Source: Phallusia mammillata
Lineage: Eukaryota
DNA length: 64,000 bases
Direction of reading: 5' to 3'
Assembly (NCBI GenBank): GCA_965637545.1
Contig: OZ281497.1
Coordinates: 20,770,001 to 20,834,000, forward strand
Under the pieces are notes generated by a model. It did not search any database and had not been told where the DNA came from. It saw only the letters and a list, made by a program, of their open reading frames with translations. Each line of letters opens with the position of its first letter. Position 1 is the first letter of the stretch. A program made the position numbers and the translations under genes. Shown piece by piece: positions 60,131 to 64,000 of this stretch.

Positions 60131-60194
60131 ACCGGCAAATATAAACAAGTCATCCGACGTTTCGGTGTCTCATTCAGGGCGTCTTCATCAGGGT
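60131..60194 (-). repeat. Dispersed repeat copy B, hammerhead-ribozyme-like motif (Penelope-like element remnant?)
   Basis: Minus strand reads CCCTGATGAAGACG...CACCGAAACGTCGG, i.e. CUGAUGA and GAAAC-GUC core boxes. Confidence 0.6.
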
Positions 60195-63100
60195 AATGGC
60201 ACACTTTAACCTAGCACAATCGTTCTTAAAACAACACCGCACCGGGTGAAAACAGAGGGGAATTGACACAGGCAACGTGTTCACTGTTTTGTGTCTTAAT
60301 TCTGATGCCAACAAATTCAAGACTGGCCAATCCTATGTTGGAAAAATGCTTACGTGGTTTTATTTGCCTCTAATCCACAAACATTTTTCAGGGGAATCAC
60401 ATTTGGCCAGGGCTTGAGTGTGCTTGTGGTGCTTAAACAGCAATATATTTGATCTTCGAAAACGATAAAAGTAGATAGAAGAACGATATGAGTGAGATAA
60501 CATCCAAACTGCGATGAATTGTAGAGAAACGACGGATCGTGAGTCTTTAATCTGATCCATTCCAAAACCTTGCAATGAAGTGAGCCTAATGACATAACTC
60601 TACGTACACGCGTGAAAAATCAAGCGTAACACCTTGGAAATCGATTTTGTCTCTTGCTCAGATGTTTCTGACTTTTATATTAAAGTAAATTTATATTTGC
60701 GCTTCTATTTCAGCACATGGGATGGTCATTTAACTTGTAAATGCGTGCAAACATTCGTGTTAGGGGTATGATTTTAGAAAAATTTAGACACATTGCGGCT
60801 GAATGGTTTTGATTGTTGACCTACCCTACAGGAACTCCAGAACCAGGGATGGAAACTTTTAGCGGGTATTACCTAAAAACATTTTTCTGATCTTGTCGAT
60901 TGTTTTGTCAGAAGTCCAATCAGTCATTATTGATGGATCGAACATCAATCGGAATGTCATTAATTTGTTTTGACAGAAATCATTAGCTACAAAGCCACAT
61001 ACCTGTCATTCCGTCGTGTTATAATTCAGCTTAGTCTTAGGGTAAAATATTTCTTCCCGGTTACTGAGACAATGGCTTAGCACTAATGACACTTCTTAGA
61101 CCGCGAAGCGAGCGAAATTAGCGTTAAATATCGTGGCGCGATACAAAATTAACCCCATACCTCGCAAATTGGGCGGACCAAGCCCTGATGGTTGTGTAGA
61201 TGTTTTACAGGTTAATCTTTCTCCTTTCTATACTCAATACTTCGCATATTTCAGATACACATTCTGCATGTTATCTTGAATGGTTTTTGCTTTATTTAAA
61301 TCGCATGAAACACCACTATAGCAATGGACAAATAAAATTATAATAAAAGCAAACAAATAATCTGTTTTTATATGATAACTTTCATATGAAACAAATTTTC
61401 ACCAATTTTTATTTTACATCCGTGTAGTTGTGAATGAAATTGATGAAATAAAAACATGCATCTAGTATTAGGGCGTCGGTTTGTGACTATAGTTTCGCCT
61501 GCAATCACCTTATCTGTAAAGCACAACTGTACGCAAAACAAGTCAATTGAAGGTGACTTTTTCATATTTTACTATTGGTTTACAACCAAGTGCTTATCAT
61601 TATATTTCTATTAGTATTTTCATTTATAGCTCACAATTTGTTGGAGTGACATCACTTTAAATTTCACGCTTCCAGGTGAACGTTAGTGGCCTGAAAATAA
61701 CCATAAGAATGTGAATTTACTTGGTGGTGGTCGACAAATTGTGATCGAGTGCTTGAGAGTCCGATTGTCTTCCTAGAAGCAATTTTACTTCGCCACGTGT
61801 AATTGCTCCTTTCGCCGATTGAGACTATATTCTCAACTCTTGCGGCTGTCTCGCTAAGGTCGCTCTTGTGTTGACAACCGGGTGCTTGAAATAATTCAGT
61901 GTTGAGAACGATGAGTTGAACTTGTGGCAAACTATCGTGACATGCTGTTTTTGCAATTTTTGTTGCAAAATGACTCTTCACGTTTAATTAAATCACAACA
62001 ACACTACTTTGGCATTCTGGATGTAAAAAGTTCCCTCTGCCAACTTTACAGCATTTTTCCTTTTGGTTAAAAGCGGTTGGTGGCAGCATTAGCTTTTTCT
62101 GACATCACAATATTTTTGCTTAGTGCAAATAGCAGCTTGCAAACACAATCACCCTTTCTAAAATTGACGTAGTTTTTCTTTGGACAAACAGTGGTTGGTG
62201 GCAGCAATCGCTTATGCTAACATTAGAAGCGTTGATCTAGCGTTAAATTGGGTCGTCAAGACTCTATTAGTTTGTTACGGATTTTGTGTGTATTTGACTA
62301 TCGCAAACTTCCTCAAGCACGAAACATATCAAAGGGTGCGAATTCTTGCGCAGACGCATCAAGATCAACATGTAATTTCACACTGCAGGGGTGTTGGCAT
62401 GGGAACGTTGTAACAAGTCGTACGCCCAAGTGGCAAACCATGCAAATATTGCTTTAATATTTTATAAAAAATCATTAGCATATTACATAGTATGAAGTAT
62501 TTTTGCCATCAAGATATTTTTAAAAGGGAATTTTTCTGGTGGTTGGAGCCATTTTAAGTGTGTATGAGTGTATGTGTATGAAAGCTTTCAGGCAAATGAA
62601 GTGGGGAGCGGCGCGCGCCAGTCGTGTTATTATCTATGTTTGTTCAGCCTAATTACCAGGTTATTTGCTTTCATCTCGCCTCGGTTTGAGGGCGGTTATT
62701 GGAACATTGATCGACATGCTATTAGTTCACAAGAACCTAATCATAGTTGAATTGAAACTCTCCCTAAGAACGCTTATGAAGCATTATTTGACGCTGACTT
62801 GTCTGCTTTTGCTTACTGAGTTCTTTGCCAAGACTTGCCTTTAAAATAGATGTCGTTATGTATTGAAATATGTTTTTAATGTACCAATCTGTACTCTGTC
62901 GAAACAAATCTAAACGTTAATTTTACTGACAGTAAACTGGTTGCCAACTTTGTTCTGTAATGCTTCAATTTGGTTGTGTATCAAGTAAGCGCCAGTCGTG
63001 GCATTTCGGGCCACATGCCAGACGAAACTAATTGGAGATCGTTTCCTTTGTCCCAAGCTGCGAAAATCATTTGTTACCAACGTCTGGAAACAGTCATGCT

Positions 63101-64000
63101 AGCGAAATCGCCGGGTCGAGCAACAATTATCTAACTTGCACTTGTCTTTTGTTGCACAATTAATTACCACTTGCATTTGTTAAGCCCAAAAGAGCCGGCC
63201 CACCTTACAATAACAACTGCATGACCGCACCTGCTTGCTCGTGACAAGCTTTCTGGACACACCGCAATCTAGTTTACACCAGTTTTAACAAGTTAAAATG
63301 CTTCGTTTGTGGTCGCTGTGTACGTTGGTATGCGAGTTTTGAAAGTTTTGAAAGATGTCTCGCAGGTGTTCGTCTGTCTTTAGAGTAGGTCACGGATTTT
63401 CGTATGTGCAGGTTATTTAAAAAAGTATTACCTATTTTTTTCACTTTGTGGATTCTTTGTTTGATCAAAACTGTAGCTTTATAGCTTCATTGTTACCGTG
63501 CTGTTTTAAATTTTATTCGACAGTTATAAGTCAAGATTTCTTGCGTTATTTTTAACATAAAAGATTAGGGACATTCTTCAATTTTAAATTAACATGAGTG
63601 GCTATCTTACCAATAAAAAATGGGATGTATCTTTACTTGAATACGTCGAATATTGATAAGAGAGAACGTTTAATGTTTGTCTAACTTGTTAGAAAGCCTC
63701 TTGCAGACCTGGTAAATAGAATAGCAAACAAAACATCAAAAGACAATATTTTTAGCTGTTTCAAACTTGATATGTACCCAGGTTACATGTTACCCACCAA
63801 GTTTTACGGACTGAACGCGTGTGACTGGAAAAGAGAGCGACAACAAAAACAACATAATCCGTCGCTTTCTCCTGCGTAAACTGGCGAATGCGGCGAACTA
63901 TTACCGTTCACGAAAGCTCTCTTGCTTTTAGCGGCTCCACTCAAATAACAAAATAAACGGGGTGAGCTGTGCCGGTGGTGAGATTGCCGCGATGGTCGCA

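Noticed and set aside
60844-60870. CAGGGATGGAAAC as a hAT left end
   Set aside because: No matching right TIR or TSD found
225-63468. Most ORFs in the six-frame track
   Set aside because: Short, overlapping on both strands, often with non-ATG starts and with no recognisable domain. Those at 3694, 6345, 7339, 7743 and 16946 are ERC exons read into introns; 3645, 7224, 8801, 9284, 9644, 11748, 13316 and 16887 are antisense shadows of ERC exons.
1-64000. CRISPR arrays, rRNA, prokaryotic operons, conserved miRNAs
   Set aside because: The sequence is spliced eukaryotic DNA. I saw no regularly spaced repeats or rRNA motifs. Partial miRNA-like seeds (e.g. TTGCATAGT near 60010, TGAGGTGGT near 35752) do not extend to full mature sequences.

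Overview
Eukaryotic (metazoan) genomic DNA, AT-rich, with short spliceosomal introns. The compact intron sizes and chordate-like protein suggest an invertebrate chordate such as an ascidian, but this is inference. The only protein-coding gene I can support is the 3' part of an ERC1/ERC2 (ELKS/CAST) orthologue on the + strand. It has 18 GT-AG exons between 3768 and 18008, encoding about 730 aa of coiled coil and ending in DDGEGIWA*, the RIM-PDZ-binding C-terminus; the 5' exons lie upstream of the window. The supplied ORF track is almost entirely spurious or catches exon fragments. The remaining ~46 kb has no recognisable coding exon. It carries non-autonomous transposons (hAT MITEs with perfect 8-bp TSDs, a PIF/Harbinger MITE, a Helentron-type element), tRNA-derived fragments and two complementary-degenerate hammerhead-like motifs of the Penelope type. 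The most unusual object is a 378-bp intronic element (9920-10297): perfect 81-bp inverted arms enclose an internal tRNA-mimic cloverleaf with intact Pol III A/B boxes and a T-loop hairpin, and there is no target-site duplication.
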